DNA from: a virus
IMG/VR virus record: IMGVR_UViG_3300032315_001604
Coordinates: 96,001-160,000 of that record
Length of the DNA: 64,000 nucleotides
Direction: 5' to 3' (one strand)
The notes beneath the pieces are model-generated. The model was given only the letters and a program-made list of their open reading frames with translations, was not told where the DNA came from and ran no database searches. How positions within the stretch are numbered: position 1 is the first letter of the stretch; each line of letters opens with the position of its first letter. Made by a program: the position numbers and the translations under genes. Of this stretch, positions 30,796 to 41,605 are shown piece after piece.

Positions 30796-32076
30796 GTGAA
30801 AAACTACACTTTCAATTGGGAAATACAGACTTTATTAGAGCAATTCGTGGCAGCTTTTAATGATGTTATCATTAAAAGATACAATAAAGAAAAAAATGTG
30901 ATACCACCACTGAGTGGTATTAAAGTGAATTACGTATACGGTCCTAAACAAAGAGTTTTTAATAGTTTGCAGACACCTGCACCAGGAGGATTAACCGTTC
31001 CAGCAATTGCAGTTAGTATTGGCGGCATATCAAGAGATAACAATAGAGTCTTTAATAAGAATGATGGATTTGCTGTTCCATACAATATTACAGCAACACC
31101 AGCAGATTTTATAAAAAAAATACCACAACCTGTTCCGCTTAATATTAACGTAAACATGACCATGATCACAAGATACCAGAGTGACATGGATCAGTTAATT
31201 TCTAATTTTGCTCCGTATTGTGATCCGTATATTGTAATATCTTGGAAAGTGCCTACTTTAGATGGCACACTATCTCCTTATGAGATAAGGACTGAAGTAT
31301 TATGGAGCGGAAATATAAATTTATCGTATCCAAATGATGCAGGTCCAAATACACCATTTCGTATTGTAGCTGATACAAGTTTTGTTATTAAAGGATGGAT
31401 TTTCAAGAAAATAGATGAAACTTATAAAAAAATATATGTAATCAATTCTGATTATAATGCAGTAAACAATACACAAGAAAATCTTTTAACTGATATTGAT
31501 GATTACAGCACAGAATGGTTTACAATCTCTGCTAGACCTCAACCAAAAAGAATAACACCATATAAAGCAATTGCATTTCAATCTCCATTATCAGGTAATG
31601 CCATAAATGTTAATGTTTTTGGAAAATCTTTTTTTGATGTAACAAATGTTTATGTAAGTGCTTCAAACTTTGCAATGTTTGATAACATTACGTACTTTAA
31701 TCCTTTTTCTGCAATTGGTTCTTTATCTGCAAAATATCCCGCATTTTACGGAATAGTAATTCCAACATTTACGCTTTTCAATGAAAACTTTTTAACTTTT
31801 GAGTTACCTGAATTACCAAACACTACTGGATTTTTAGATATTATTGTTGAAAACGAAGCAGGATATGGAAAATTGACTGTTGATAGCAAATTACCTTTTA
31901 TAAGTTCTTGGTCAGGAGCTACTAATTTACAATTTCCTTATATATCAGGATTTCAAGTAGGAACAATTGCAGATCCCACATGGTATTTGCCTGATGATCT
32001 TGGTTATATATTATCAGAACTACAAAATTATATAATCACAGATTGGATTGGATTTTTAAAGTATGATGATGTATAA
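30796..32076 (+). CDS. gp15: tail sheath stabiliser / tail terminator with C-terminal extension
   Basis: QFVAAFNDVII...YGPKQR...VPAIAV...PVPLNI...LISNFAPY; TAAATA 6 nt before the GTG start. Confidence 0.75.
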   Translation: MKNYTFNWEIQTLLEQFVAAFNDVIIKRYNKEKNVIPPLSGIKVNYVYGPKQRVFNSLQTPAPGGLTVPAIAVSIGGISRDNNRVFNKNDGFAVPYNITATPADFIKKIPQPVPLNINVNMTMITRYQSDMDQLISNFAPYCDPYIVISWKVPTLDGTLSPYEIRTEVLWSGNINLSYPNDAGPNTPFRIVADTSFVIKGWIFKKIDETYKKIYVINSDYNAVNNTQENLLTDIDDYSTEWFTISARPQPKRITPYKAIAFQSPLSGNAINVNVFGKSFFDVTNVYVSASNFAMFDNITYFNPFSAIGSLSAKYPAFYGIVIPTFTLFNENFLTFELPELPNTTGFLDIIVENEAGYGKLTVDSKLPFISSWSGATNLQFPYISGFQVGTIADPTWYLPDDLGYILSELQNYIITDWIGFLKYDDV

Positions 32077-32123
32077 TTCCTTGATAGACTACACTAAGTA
32101 ACTAATTATAGTTAGAAATTTAT

Positions 32124-33977
32124 ATGGCAGATATTTTATCACAACCTAACAGACAACCAGATAACGGAAGAAATTTTGTAACGTCAATTTTGTCTAAATT
32201 GCCATATGTTCAAGATGTAGTCGAAACAGAAGCAAATAATCCCAAATATGAATTGTTCGATAGACTCTCAAAAAAGAGAGAGTTAAAAATCATGCAACAG
32301 TCGGTCATAACAGGACCGTACATGAATAAAGAATTTTCAGATTACTATAATCCAAATGCAATCACATCAGACAAAGGGTATCACAACTACATATACGCTC
32401 AAATAGATAGTGATAAAATTCGCAGATTAGCCGAATATCGTCGTATGGCAGCTTTTGCAGAAGTTGCTGATTGTTTAGATGAAATATGTGACGAATTCGT
32501 AAATTTTGATGATAACGGCAAAGCTGTTAATATTAAATTTTCAGGGTTTAACAAATTAAGTACCGAGGAAAGAAGCGAAATTGAAAAAGAATTTTACAAA
32601 TTTATTAACAGTTTTGATTTAGAACATAAAGGTTGGGGATATTGTCGCCAGTTGCTTATCGAAGGAGAACTATTTTTTGAAAATATCATTCATGATGAAA
32701 AGAAAGAGTTAGGTATTATAGGAATACTAGGAATACCAGGTGAATTGATCAATCCAGTTTATGATAATATTCAAAATAATGTCATTCAAAACTTTCTTTT
32801 TCAAAAACCTATAAGTCTTTTAAACAATCCTGCTGCTCCAAATTTTCAAACTAACGTAACACCAGCAAATGCACTGCAACATCAGATTGTCACACTTCAA
32901 GGAAACCAAATAACATATATTAACTCTGGTTTATGGAATGAAGATGCATCAATTAAAATTCCATATATAGAAAATTGTCGTAGAGCATACAAACAATTGT
33001 CATTAATTGAAGATTCTATTGTTATATATCGTTTAGTTAGAGCACCAGAAAGATTAAAATTTACTATTGATGTCGGAAACATGCCACCTGCAAAAGCAGA
33101 AGCATATCTACGTCAATTGATGCAACAATATTGGACAAAAAAAACATACGATTCACAATCAAATACTGGAGGTGGAGCATCAAACGTATATGACCCACAA
33201 TCAATGCTTGATTCTTATTGGTTTGCAAGAAGAACAGGAGAACAAGGATCAGATGTTCAAGTGTTACCAGGTGGACAAAACTTAGGAGAACTAAAAGATT
33301 TAATGTATTTTGTTAACAAACTTTATAAAAGTTTAGGTGTTCCTTTATCCAGATTGAATCCAGAAGATACATTTAAAGATGGTTCAGAAATTTTAAGAGA
33401 AGAATTAAAATTTGCAAAAACAATCATACGCATACAAAATCAATTTGCAGGAGGATTGAAAGATGCATTTATTACCCATTTAAAAATTAGAGGATGGTGG
33501 AAAGAATATAAATTGCATGAATCATATTTTGATCTTTCTTTTGTGCCACCTACAAATTTCTTTGCATTAAGACAAAACCAAAACTTTGAATTAAAACTTA
33601 AAAACTTCAATGACATTTCACAAAATGATTCCATATCAAAAACATTTGCACAAAGACATTATTTGAATTTGAGTGATGGTAAAATTAGTGAAAATATGGA
33701 ATGGCTCAGAAAAGATGCTGCTCTTAAATGGGAATTAGAGCAAATTGCAACAACAGGTCCAAATTGGAGAGATCATATTCAAGCAGCAGAAGACGCAAGC
33801 AAAGCAGCAGCGGAATCTACATCTTCAACAGGTACATCTACATCAGAAATACCTGAATTTGGCGGTGGAGGAGAGGGAACAACAGCAGAAACACCAGAAG
33901 CAGCACCAGAAACAACAGAAATTTCAGCAGAAGCTACACCTGAAACAGCAGAAACTCCAGCAGAAACAACAACATAA
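32124..33977 (+). CDS. gp20: portal protein
   Basis: EDSIVIYRLVRAPERLKFTIDVGNMPPAKAEAYLR...DSYWFARR...LPGGQNLGELKDLMYF. Confidence 0.97.
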   Translation: MADILSQPNRQPDNGRNFVTSILSKLPYVQDVVETEANNPKYELFDRLSKKRELKIMQQSVITGPYMNKEFSDYYNPNAITSDKGYHNYIYAQIDSDKIRRLAEYRRMAAFAEVADCLDEICDEFVNFDDNGKAVNIKFSGFNKLSTEERSEIEKEFYKFINSFDLEHKGWGYCRQLLIEGELFFENIIHDEKKELGIIGILGIPGELINPVYDNIQNNVIQNFLFQKPISLLNNPAAPNFQTNVTPANALQHQIVTLQGNQITYINSGLWNEDASIKIPYIENCRRAYKQLSLIEDSIVIYRLVRAPERLKFTIDVGNMPPAKAEAYLRQLMQQYWTKKTYDSQSNTGGGASNVYDPQSMLDSYWFARRTGEQGSDVQVLPGGQNLGELKDLMYFVNKLYKSLGVPLSRLNPEDTFKDGSEILREELKFAKTIIRIQNQFAGGLKDAFITHLKIRGWWKEYKLHESYFDLSFVPPTNFFALRQNQNFELKLKNFNDISQNDSISKTFAQRHYLNLSDGKISENMEWLRKDAALKWELEQIATTGPNWRDHIQAAEDASKAAAESTSSTGTSTSEIPEFGGGGEGTTAETPEAAPETTEISAEATPETAETPAETTT

Positions 33978-34007
33978 ATATAGAACACGTATACATAAGT
34001 ATAGAAT

Positions 34008-34388
34008 ATGACTTATGATATACCTGCACATATAACTGGAGATACATGGGACGGTATTACAGTTATAACATTTTCAGAAAACGGTTCTGCAATTAATTTA
34101 ACAGACGCATCATTCACGATGGCTGTTAAATCTGTTTTTAACATAGCTAGTCCAAATATTTTACCTCTTTCGACATCAGCCAGTAGTATTTTAATTTTAT
34201 CACCAGCGTCTGCTGGTCGCATTTCAATACCATCAAGAATTATTGATATACCCGTTGGAAATTATTCTTGGAGTTTAACTATGGTATTGTCTTCAGGAAG
34301 AACAAAAACATATTTAATGGGCAATTGGCCTATTATTCCAAGAGTTCCGTTTTCAAACAATTGGCAAGAAGCACCTAGAATTATATAA
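34008..34388 (+). CDS. BppU-like N-terminal/Ig-like virion protein
   Basis: GDTW...INLTDASFTMAVK...GNYSWSL. Confidence 0.5.
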   Translation: MTYDIPAHITGDTWDGITVITFSENGSAINLTDASFTMAVKSVFNIASPNILPLSTSASSILILSPASAGRISIPSRIIDIPVGNYSWSLTMVLSSGRTKTYLMGNWPIIPRVPFSNNWQEAPRII

Positions 34389-36379
34389 TGAGTGACGAAA
34401 TTATTATTAATATAAATCCAAGCGTATCTGATAATATTGTAGTCGATACTACTACACCAGCACCAGATAATATTCAAATAAATTCATTTTTATCTAATGA
34501 TAATATTGTAGTCGATACTACTACACCAGCACCAGATAATATTCAAATAAATTCATTTTTATCTAATGTTGCCTCAGTTAACGGAAAAACTGGTGTTGTT
34601 TTTTTAGATAAAAATGACATAGGATTGGATCAAGTTGATAATACTAGTGATTTAAATAAACCACTATCTTATAGTACATTAAATTACACTCAACAATATT
34701 TTTTACCTCTTTCTGGTGGAACAGTTGTTGGCAATATAAGTTCTAACGATACCTTTTTTGCTAAAAGTGGTAATTCCAATAATTGGAACTCAGCTTACAC
34801 TGTAGCTACAATTTATCAAAGTGCTTCAGGTTCTTTTGCTACTAATACGCTACTTCAATCTACTTCTGCTCTCTTAACGCCTTTAACGATTACAAATACT
34901 TTAACAGGTACTATTATAAACTACTCTCATACAAACTTTTTACCGCTAACAGGTGGTACATTAACTGGAAATATTTACACTAAAGCTTTATCAGCCAATG
35001 GAACTATTAGTGAAACAGGTTTATTGAGTGCTGTTGTTGCAGTTTTTAATGGCAGTGTTGTCGAAGGAATTGGGGGAGAAGCCACTGGTCTTTATAGTCA
35101 TGTAGAAGGAGCATATAACAAAGCAACAGCATCATTTGCTCACGCAGAAGGTGGTAGTATAACAGACCCCCTTTCAAGAAATACCGCAAGTGGTACATCA
35201 AGTCATGCTGAAGGGAGGGGAACAGTAGCAAGTGGTCTTGCATCTCATGCTGAAGGTGTATCGACTCAAGCTGTAGGTATAGCTTCCCATGCTGAAGGTG
35301 TATCGACTCAAGCTTTAGGTTTAGCTTCTCATGCTGAAGGGTTATCATCTATTGCTGTTGGAGATTATAGTCATGCAGCGGGTCAAAATACATATGCTAC
35401 AGGGATAAGAGCTTATACAACAGGGCAAAACACATCAGCTACAAGAGTTACTAGTTATGCTCATGGTAGATTTGCTCTTGCCAACAATGCAAGATCTTGG
35501 ATCTGGCAAGGAACTGGAACAGAAAACTTAGTTTTTACATCTACAAGAAATGATCAATTTGCCATAAGACCTGAAGGTGGATTTTATGTTTCTGGTAATG
35601 TTGGTATAAACACAGACAGAAATGATAATGCTTTAAGTGTTGTTGGTCATATATCTGCAAGTGGAAATGTTACATCTAATAATTCTATTAATTGGGATAC
35701 GGCATACAATAGAACAACAAATGTAAGTACTGTTTCTAGTAATTGGGATTCAGTTTATAGTAATGTAAATTCAAATAGTGCTAATAATCAATCGGTTTAT
35801 AGTAATGTAAATTCAAATAGTGCTAATTGGAGTTCTGTTTACAGTAATGTAAATTCAAATAGTGCTAATAATCAATCGGTTTATAGTAATGTAAATTCAA
35901 ATAGTGCTAATTGGAGTTCTGTTTATAGTAATGTTAATAGTGCTTCTGCTAATTGGCAATCTGCGGCAAATCTTCTTACTACAGTTCCGATAACAACCTC
36001 TTTTTATGTGCCGAGTTACAGCTTAACACAAACTACAGGTACTCCAAGCAATTTAAGAGTTTTTACGGTTCCTGCTGGAAGAAGGTTTATTGCTAAAATG
36101 CTATTAGGAGTTACAGCAACAGCTACATTAACAGGGGTAGCAACTGCACCTACCTTAAGACTTGTAAACGTAACTCAAGGTAATACAGGCATGATAGGTA
36201 GCTGGACTCCTGCAACAGCCACTTTAGTAACTTCACCTGTACCTGGCGCACACACAACAACAAACGCAAATAGTATTATTGCCCAAGCAGGAGAAGACGT
36301 TGCTCTAAGATTAATAACGGCGGCTGGAGGATTTTCGGTATTAACCGTAGATGTTGTAGTAGACGGGTTTCTGATATAA
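34388..36379 (+). CDS. fibre/adhesin with SHAEG repeats and NSNSA repeats
   Basis: FLPLSGG, SHAEG repeats, SVYSNVNSNSAN repeats. Confidence 0.75.
   Translation: MSDEIIININPSVSDNIVVDTTTPAPDNIQINSFLSNDNIVVDTTTPAPDNIQINSFLSNVASVNGKTGVVFLDKNDIGLDQVDNTSDLNKPLSYSTLNYTQQYFLPLSGGTVVGNISSNDTFFAKSGNSNNWNSAYTVATIYQSASGSFATNTLLQSTSALLTPLTITNTLTGTIINYSHTNFLPLTGGTLTGNIYTKALSANGTISETGLLSAVVAVFNGSVVEGIGGEATGLYSHVEGAYNKATASFAHAEGGSITDPLSRNTASGTSSHAEGRGTVASGLASHAEGVSTQAVGIASHAEGVSTQALGLASHAEGLSSIAVGDYSHAAGQNTYATGIRAYTTGQNTSATRVTSYAHGRFALANNARSWIWQGTGTENLVFTSTRNDQFAIRPEGGFYVSGNVGINTDRNDNALSVVGHISASGNVTSNNSINWDTAYNRTTNVSTVSSNWDSVYSNVNSNSANNQSVYSNVNSNSANWSSVYSNVNSNSANNQSVYSNVNSNSANWSSVYSNVNSASANWQSAANLLTTVPITTSFYVPSYSLTQTTGTPSNLRVFTVPAGRRFIAKMLLGVTATATLTGVATAPTLRLVNVTQGNTGMIGSWTPATATLVTSPVPGAHTTTNANSIIAQAGEDVALRLITAAGGFSVLTVDVVVDGFLI
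35750..35945. repeat. 42-bp tandem repeat (alternating SVYSNVNSNSANNQ / ...ANWS units)
   Basis: GTTTATAGTAATGTAAATTCAAATAGTGCTAAT core repeated about four times plus a partial copy. Confidence 0.85.
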
Positions 36380-36456
36380 CTTATTGACATTTAAAAGCAT
36401 TTATTTAAATATTTTATAATATTGTGGCTAATAATGGTATTCTTTAACTCTATTGA

Positions 36457-36464
36457 TATAAATA
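36457..36464 (+). promoter_or_regulatory. T4-type late promoter TATAAATA
   Basis: Exact T4 late consensus 7 nt upstream of the gp13 ATG; gp55 is encoded in the window. Confidence 0.75.
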
Positions 36465-36471
36465 TAATAAG

Positions 36472-37350
36472 ATGTCCGTTTTACCAAATTCATTTCATGG
36501 CAGTACAACTTTTAATTCTAAGATTAAAAGTTATGATTTATTAGCACAAAGAATTCGCCGTTCTTTGGGTGAACCTTTAGTACAAATTGAAATTAGCAGC
36601 GAACAAATATATGAATTAATAGACATATCTTTAGAATGGTTTACTAAATTTGCTGGTGTTACAGAAGAGTATTTGGTTTTTAGAAATGATTTATATGAAA
36701 GAGGTGTTGGTCTAAGAATAGATCGTTTGTTTAACATCACACCTAACATGTACAATTCGATGTCTCCAACGACATCAGGTATGCCTACTTTAAGTGCAGA
36801 TTATGATTACGATTTAGATGACTACAGAAAGGTTGTAGATGTATTTTCATTTGAAGAAGGAAGTAATAACGGAGTAAACACACTTTTTACTATTGAACAT
36901 ACTATTGCACAACAAGCATACTTTGGACATTTGTTAGGAAATGTTGGTTATGATTTAGTAACATGGCATACTCTTAAAAATTGGTTAGATACTAGAGAAA
37001 AAATGTTAGCATTAAGACCCTATATAAGGTTTTATCCTGAAGATCAAATTTTAAGATTAATTCCAGAACCAGCACAAAACAATCGGTATTATGGTTTAGT
37101 GGGATGTAAAGTCCAAAAGCCGATAAAACAACTTGTAGATCAATTGTGGGTATATCGATATACATTAGCACAAACTAAAATTGCCATAGGACATATCAGA
37201 GGAAAATATTCAGGCACAAATTTATTTGGAGGTCAAACAGTCAATGCATCTGATATGTTAAGACAAGGTGAAAAAGAAAAAGACGAATTGGAAAAAGAAT
37301 TAATGTCAGATATGGTTGATAGAGATCCAGTTAGATTTTTTATTGGCTAA
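36472..37350 (+). CDS. gp13: neck protein
   Basis: IRRSLGEPLVQIEIS..QI..LID..LEWF...WVYRYTLAQTK..IGHIRGKY.G..L.GG..VN. Confidence 0.88.
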   Translation: MSVLPNSFHGSTTFNSKIKSYDLLAQRIRRSLGEPLVQIEISSEQIYELIDISLEWFTKFAGVTEEYLVFRNDLYERGVGLRIDRLFNITPNMYNSMSPTTSGMPTLSADYDYDLDDYRKVVDVFSFEEGSNNGVNTLFTIEHTIAQQAYFGHLLGNVGYDLVTWHTLKNWLDTREKMLALRPYIRFYPEDQILRLIPEPAQNNRYYGLVGCKVQKPIKQLVDQLWVYRYTLAQTKIAIGHIRGKYSGTNLFGGQTVNASDMLRQGEKEKDELEKELMSDMVDRDPVRFFIG

Positions 37351-37353
37351 TTA

Positions 37354-37812
37354 ATGAATAAAAATTTAGGTAAAAAGAATAGAAATTACACTCAAGGAAT
37401 TTTTAAACCAAAAAATTCAAACAAATATATAGGCTCTACTCCAGTATATAGATCCACAATGGAGCTAAAAGCATTTAGATATCTGGATAACAACCCTAAT
37501 GTCTTAACTTGGTCTTCAGAATCTGTTGTAATTCCTTATATATCACCCGCAGATGGAAAAATGCACAGGTATTTTGTAGATTTAGTTGCAAAACTTAAAT
37601 CTAAAGATGGAACTATAAAAAATCTTTTAATAGAAGTTAAACCAGAAAAACAAACATTACCTCCAGTAGACACAGGAAGGAAAAAACAAAGTACTATTCT
37701 TTATGAAAGATATCAATTTGCCGTAAATTCTGCTAAATGGCAAGCAGCCAGATCTTGGTGTGAACAAAAAGGGTTTACTTTTATAATTTTAAATGAAAAG
37801 CATTTAAATTGA
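37354..37812 (+). CDS. gp4: head completion nuclease
   Basis: QGIFKPKNSNKYIG...YRS.ME...WSSE...PY.SP.DGKMHRYFVD...IEVKP...VNSAKW.AA. Confidence 0.92.
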   Translation: MNKNLGKKNRNYTQGIFKPKNSNKYIGSTPVYRSTMELKAFRYLDNNPNVLTWSSESVVIPYISPADGKMHRYFVDLVAKLKSKDGTIKNLLIEVKPEKQTLPPVDTGRKKQSTILYERYQFAVNSAKWQAARSWCEQKGFTFIILNEKHLN

Positions 37813-37845
37813 ATAAATACTTGGTAAGTACTAAATAGAGAATAT

Positions 37846-38514
37846 ATGAGTAATGTTTATAACTTGTTGGTGGAAACACCGAACTACGAATTAAAATATT
37901 TAGTAGAAGAAAAAAACCGTAATTCACCATCAAATCTTTTTATTCAAGGACCATTTTTAATGGCAGATAAAGCAAATCGCAATAATCGCGTTTATCCTTT
38001 ACAACAAATGGTGGAAGAAGTCAATCGTTACTCATCTGAAATGATTGCAAATAATCGTGCAACAGGTGAATTAAATCACCCATCATCTCCAGAAGTAAAT
38101 TTAGAAAGAGCGTGTCATATTGTTACAGAATTAAAACAAGATGGAAATATTTTTGAAGGAAAATCAAAAATTCTTTCAACTCCAATGGGTCAAGTTGTTC
38201 GTTCATTAATTATGGATGGCGTTAAACTTGGCGTTTCATCAAGAGCACTCGGCAGAGTAGATGAAAAAAATGGTGTTGGTCATGTTTCCGATTTTCGTTT
38301 GGTTGCTATCGATGTTGTAGCAGATCCTTCTGTACCAACAGCATTTGTAAATGGTATCTTAGAATCTAAAAAATGGGTTCTTGCAGATAATGGAGATTTT
38401 GAACCATTTTATGAAAAATTTGAAAGAAGTATAGCAAATCTTCCTAAGAAAAACACAGATCAATATCTGAAAGAACAGTTCATCAGTTTTATTAATGCAC
38501 TTAAAACATTGTAA
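37846..38514 (+). CDS. gp21: prohead protease
   Basis: N.NNRVYP...GELNHP...LERACH...TPMG...GVSSRALG...D.VADPS.P.AFV.GI.E. Confidence 0.95.
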   Translation: MSNVYNLLVETPNYELKYLVEEKNRNSPSNLFIQGPFLMADKANRNNRVYPLQQMVEEVNRYSSEMIANNRATGELNHPSSPEVNLERACHIVTELKQDGNIFEGKSKILSTPMGQVVRSLIMDGVKLGVSSRALGRVDEKNGVGHVSDFRLVAIDVVADPSVPTAFVNGILESKKWVLADNGDFEPFYEKFERSIANLPKKNTDQYLKEQFISFINALKTL

Positions 38515-38549
38515 TTTGTATATAATAAAGATAAATAATAATATAACAT

Positions 38550-38786
38550 ATGGAATTACGTAAATTAATCTCAAAGTTTATCACACAAATTTGTGAAAAA
38601 AACTATTCTAAAGCAGATAAAGCATTAGAAACTATTGTAAGCGAAAAATTAAAAACTCGCATTAAAGACATCGACAGCAAAGTAAAAAATAAAAAAGATT
38701 GCGGCTGTGGTCGTGGCGACAAATGCAAAGAAAAAAATTCCAAAAAAACAAAAAAAGTTACTAAAAAGGTAACTAAGAAAGGATAA
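38550..38786 (+). CDS. small prohead-core-like protein with Lys-rich tail
   Basis: Between gp21 and gp22; TAAATA upstream. Confidence 0.5.
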   Translation: MELRKLISKFITQICEKNYSKADKALETIVSEKLKTRIKDIDSKVKNKKDCGCGRGDKCKEKNSKKTKKVTKKVTKKG

Positions 38787-38803
38787 GTTTTTATATACAT
38801 TAT

Positions 38804-39709
38804 ATGAATAAGTTTTCAGAGATCTTAAGTAAAGTTGATTCAAACGTAATCAACGAAGAAACCGCAAAAGCAATCACAGAAGCTTTTGATGCTGCTGTTG
38901 AAGAAAAAGTTAATTCAAGAGTTGAATTAGAACTTGAAAGTTCTTTATCTAAACAAGACGAAGAACATGCAGCAAAACTTGGAAAACTTTTAGAAGCTAT
39001 TGATGCAGATCATACTGAAAAGTTACAAAAAGTTGTAAACACAATCACAGAAAATCATACAGGTAAATTAGAACAACTTGTATCTTTCTATCGTAAAGCT
39101 TTAAATGAAAAAGCAGAATCTTTTTCAAATAAAATTGTTAGCGAGATTAGCAACTACCTTGATCTTTATTTAGAAAATAAAGTTCCTTCTCTTCAATTAG
39201 AAGAAGCAGTTGCTAATACATATGCTCGTAAACAATTATCGAAAATTCGTGAAATGGTCGGAATCGATCCAGAAACTATTAACGAAGAAGTAAAAAACAT
39301 GATTGCTAAAGGTAAAAAGAAAATTGATGAACTCAATGAAAAACTCAATGAGTCATATAAAGAAAATCATCAACTTTTTCAGCAAATCAAGAAAAATTCC
39401 ACATCGATTGTTCTTGAACAAAAGACAAAAGGAATGCCAGCAGCTAAAAAAGAATTTGTTTTTAATTTATTGAACGACAAAGACTCTTCATACATTGAAG
39501 AGAATTTTAATTATGTCGTTGAGATGTTTGAACGTAGCGAAGATGAAAGAGCTACGACTCTTGTAGAAGAGGCGAAGAAAAAGGCAGTTAGCCTTAAAGC
39601 TTCAATTCCTACAAAAGCCGTAATCAAAGAATCTGTTGCTACAGAAACAGAAGTAGAAAATTCTACTCCAGTTTCAGGATATCTTAGAGAATTAAATAAA
39701 AAATATTAA
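38804..39709 (+). CDS. gp22: prohead core scaffold protein
   Basis: Acidic coiled-coil protein (FDAAVEEKV...YLDLY) immediately before the major capsid gene. Confidence 0.85.
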   Translation: MNKFSEILSKVDSNVINEETAKAITEAFDAAVEEKVNSRVELELESSLSKQDEEHAAKLGKLLEAIDADHTEKLQKVVNTITENHTGKLEQLVSFYRKALNEKAESFSNKIVSEISNYLDLYLENKVPSLQLEEAVANTYARKQLSKIREMVGIDPETINEEVKNMIAKGKKKIDELNEKLNESYKENHQLFQQIKKNSTSIVLEQKTKGMPAAKKEFVFNLLNDKDSSYIEENFNYVVEMFERSEDERATTLVEEAKKKAVSLKASIPTKAVIKESVATETEVENSTPVSGYLRELNKKY

Positions 39710-39722
39710 AGAATTTCTGTTG

Positions 39723-39766
39723 AAGAAAGACAATCGTCTTTCTTGATTCTTAAATCCATAGGAGGT
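39723..39766 (+). promoter_or_regulatory. capsid-gene leader hairpin and Shine-Dalgarno
   Basis: AAGAAAGAC-AATC-GTCTTTCTT (39723-39744), then AGGAGGT (39760-66) 9 nt before ATG 39776. Confidence 0.7.
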
Positions 39767-39775
39767 AAAGAAATT

Positions 39776-41227
39776 ATGAGAAATGTAAATCCAGCCACAG
39801 GCTATATTGATCGTTCTCGCGCTCAACAACTCGTTGAAAAATGGGCACCAGTCCTCGATTACACATCCGATAAGGTTGCGCCAATCGAAGACGAACATGC
39901 TCGTTTAACAACAGCGATTCTGATGGAAAACCAAGAACGTTGGTGCATTGAAGAAAGCGGAAATTCCGCTGGTTCAGGAGGTGCTTTCGGCACACCAGGA
40001 ACCGCTATCTATTCACCACCTTCAACAGTTACATCAGGAGATCGCTACGCAACAGGTGACAGTCGCTTGCCAAAGGTATTAATACCAATGGTTCGTCGTA
40101 CATTCCCTGAGTTGATCACGAATGAGATCGTCGGTGTTCAGCCAATGAGTGGTCCAGTTGGTTTAGCTTTCGCTCTTCGTTACCGCTATGAGGCAGATAG
40201 TTTAGGTGCTAACGGCGTTGACGGATACGTTACAGGTGCTACCAGCGATAACGGTGGTGGACAGTACAATCGTTCCGTTTCTGACGATAAAGAACTTGGC
40301 TATCAATACTTGGACACACGTTTCACAGGAACAAGTGCCGCATTTCTTTCAGGTGGACCAACAGGAGTCTTTGATTCCATTGGTTCTGACAGAGGTGTTG
40401 CTGCTCTCCTGAGTAACTTCGAATTAACAGGAAATATTCCTCAAGTAACTGTCGAATTCAGCAAAACAGCAGTAGAAGCTGGCACACGCCGTCTCGCTGC
40501 TCGCTGGTCAGTTGAACTCGAACAAGACTTGAAGAACATGAATGGACTCGATATCGACGGTGAATTAACAAATGCTATGTCATATGAAATTCAAGCCGAA
40601 ATTGACCGTGAAATGGTAATTCGTATGATTCAAGTCGCTCTCAATGCAGGTAACCCAAATGGATACAGTTTCTGGTACGCAGCTTCAGCCGATGCACGTT
40701 GGCTCGGAGAGCGTAACCGCGACTTCTACAGCAAGGTAATTGTTGAAGCTAACCGCATCGCAATCCGTAACCGTAGAGGCAGCGCAAACTTCATTATTGC
40801 CACACCTCGCGTGTGTGCAATTCTTGAAATGTTGCCAGAGTATCAATGGATGCCAGTGAATGGCAACGTCAATACACAACCAACAGGCATTGCCAAAGTT
40901 GGTACACTTGGCGGAAGATTCACTGTCTACCGTGACACTCGCACAGAAGCTCAGTATCTGAATGGAGACAGAGCAAACTCATTAGAATATGCCCTACTCG
41001 GATATAAAGGAACAGAATACTATGACACAGGTATTGTATATTGCCCATACATTCCTGTCATGATTCAACGCACAATCGGTCCTAACGACTTCTCACCAAG
41101 AGTTGGTCTTATGACTCGTTATGGTGTTGTTGATCATATCTTCGGTGCTAACTTGTATTATCACGTTATCATCGTTAAGGGTCTTGGTACTTCCTTTAGT
41201 CCAGACAGCGGCAGAATCTATATGTAA
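39776..41227 (+). CDS. gp23: major capsid protein
   Basis: EKWAPVLD...ILMENQE...PMVRRTFP...VQPMSGPVGL.FALR...LAARWSVELEQDLK..NGLD...GYKG...YCPYIP...PRVGLMTRYG; start re-placed to the SD-led ATG. Confidence 0.98.
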   Translation: MRNVNPATGYIDRSRAQQLVEKWAPVLDYTSDKVAPIEDEHARLTTAILMENQERWCIEESGNSAGSGGAFGTPGTAIYSPPSTVTSGDRYATGDSRLPKVLIPMVRRTFPELITNEIVGVQPMSGPVGLAFALRYRYEADSLGANGVDGYVTGATSDNGGGQYNRSVSDDKELGYQYLDTRFTGTSAAFLSGGPTGVFDSIGSDRGVAALLSNFELTGNIPQVTVEFSKTAVEAGTRRLAARWSVELEQDLKNMNGLDIDGELTNAMSYEIQAEIDREMVIRMIQVALNAGNPNGYSFWYAASADARWLGERNRDFYSKVIVEANRIAIRNRRGSANFIIATPRVCAILEMLPEYQWMPVNGNVNTQPTGIAKVGTLGGRFTVYRDTRTEAQYLNGDRANSLEYALLGYKGTEYYDTGIVYCPYIPVMIQRTIGPNDFSPRVGLMTRYGVVDHIFGANLYYHVIIVKGLGTSFSPDSGRIYM

Positions 41228-41244
41228 TCAACAGACAAGATCGC

Positions 41245-41281
41245 AAAAAAACCCAACCATCGAAAGGTGGTTGGGTTTTTT
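41245..41281. terminator. bidirectional intrinsic terminator
   Basis: AAAAAACCCAACCATC-GAAA-GGTGGTTGGGTTTTTT between gp23 and a convergent gene. Confidence 0.9.
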
Positions 41282-41299
41282 ATTTAATTAATAAAAAAA

Positions 41300-41584
41300 T
41301 TAACTTAAAATATCGTTTAAAAACGATTGATAATTTTTTTGAAACATTTTATTTAAAGATAAATTAAAATGTTTGTTCAATTTCAATTCTTTTAAAAAAT
41401 CATTTTTTATTACTTCATCATTTATTTTTAAAAAAATATTTTTAACATATTCAATAAAACCAACATAATTTTGTTGGAATTTTTCCATTTTTAAATCGAT
41501 ATCTAATACTTTGCCACCATTAGAACTAAAGCTAATATGCGGCATTTCCATTAAAAGTGATTCTACTAAGTTATCAAATTTCAT
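41300..41584 (-). CDS. small protein, candidate internal head protein
   Basis: MKFDNLVESLLME N-terminus. Confidence 0.5.
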   Translation of the reverse strand: MKFDNLVESLLMEMPHISFSSNGGKVLDIDLKMEKFQQNYVGFIEYVKNIFLKINDEVIKNDFLKELKLNKHFNLSLNKMFQKNYQSFLNDILS

Positions 41585-41605
41585 TAATAATATTTATCAA
41601 ATAAA

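Noticed and set aside
36384-36420. sigma70 promoter TTGACA...TATAAT before gp13
   Set aside because: The spacer is 25 nt; the TATAAATA late promoter at 36457 explains the gene better.
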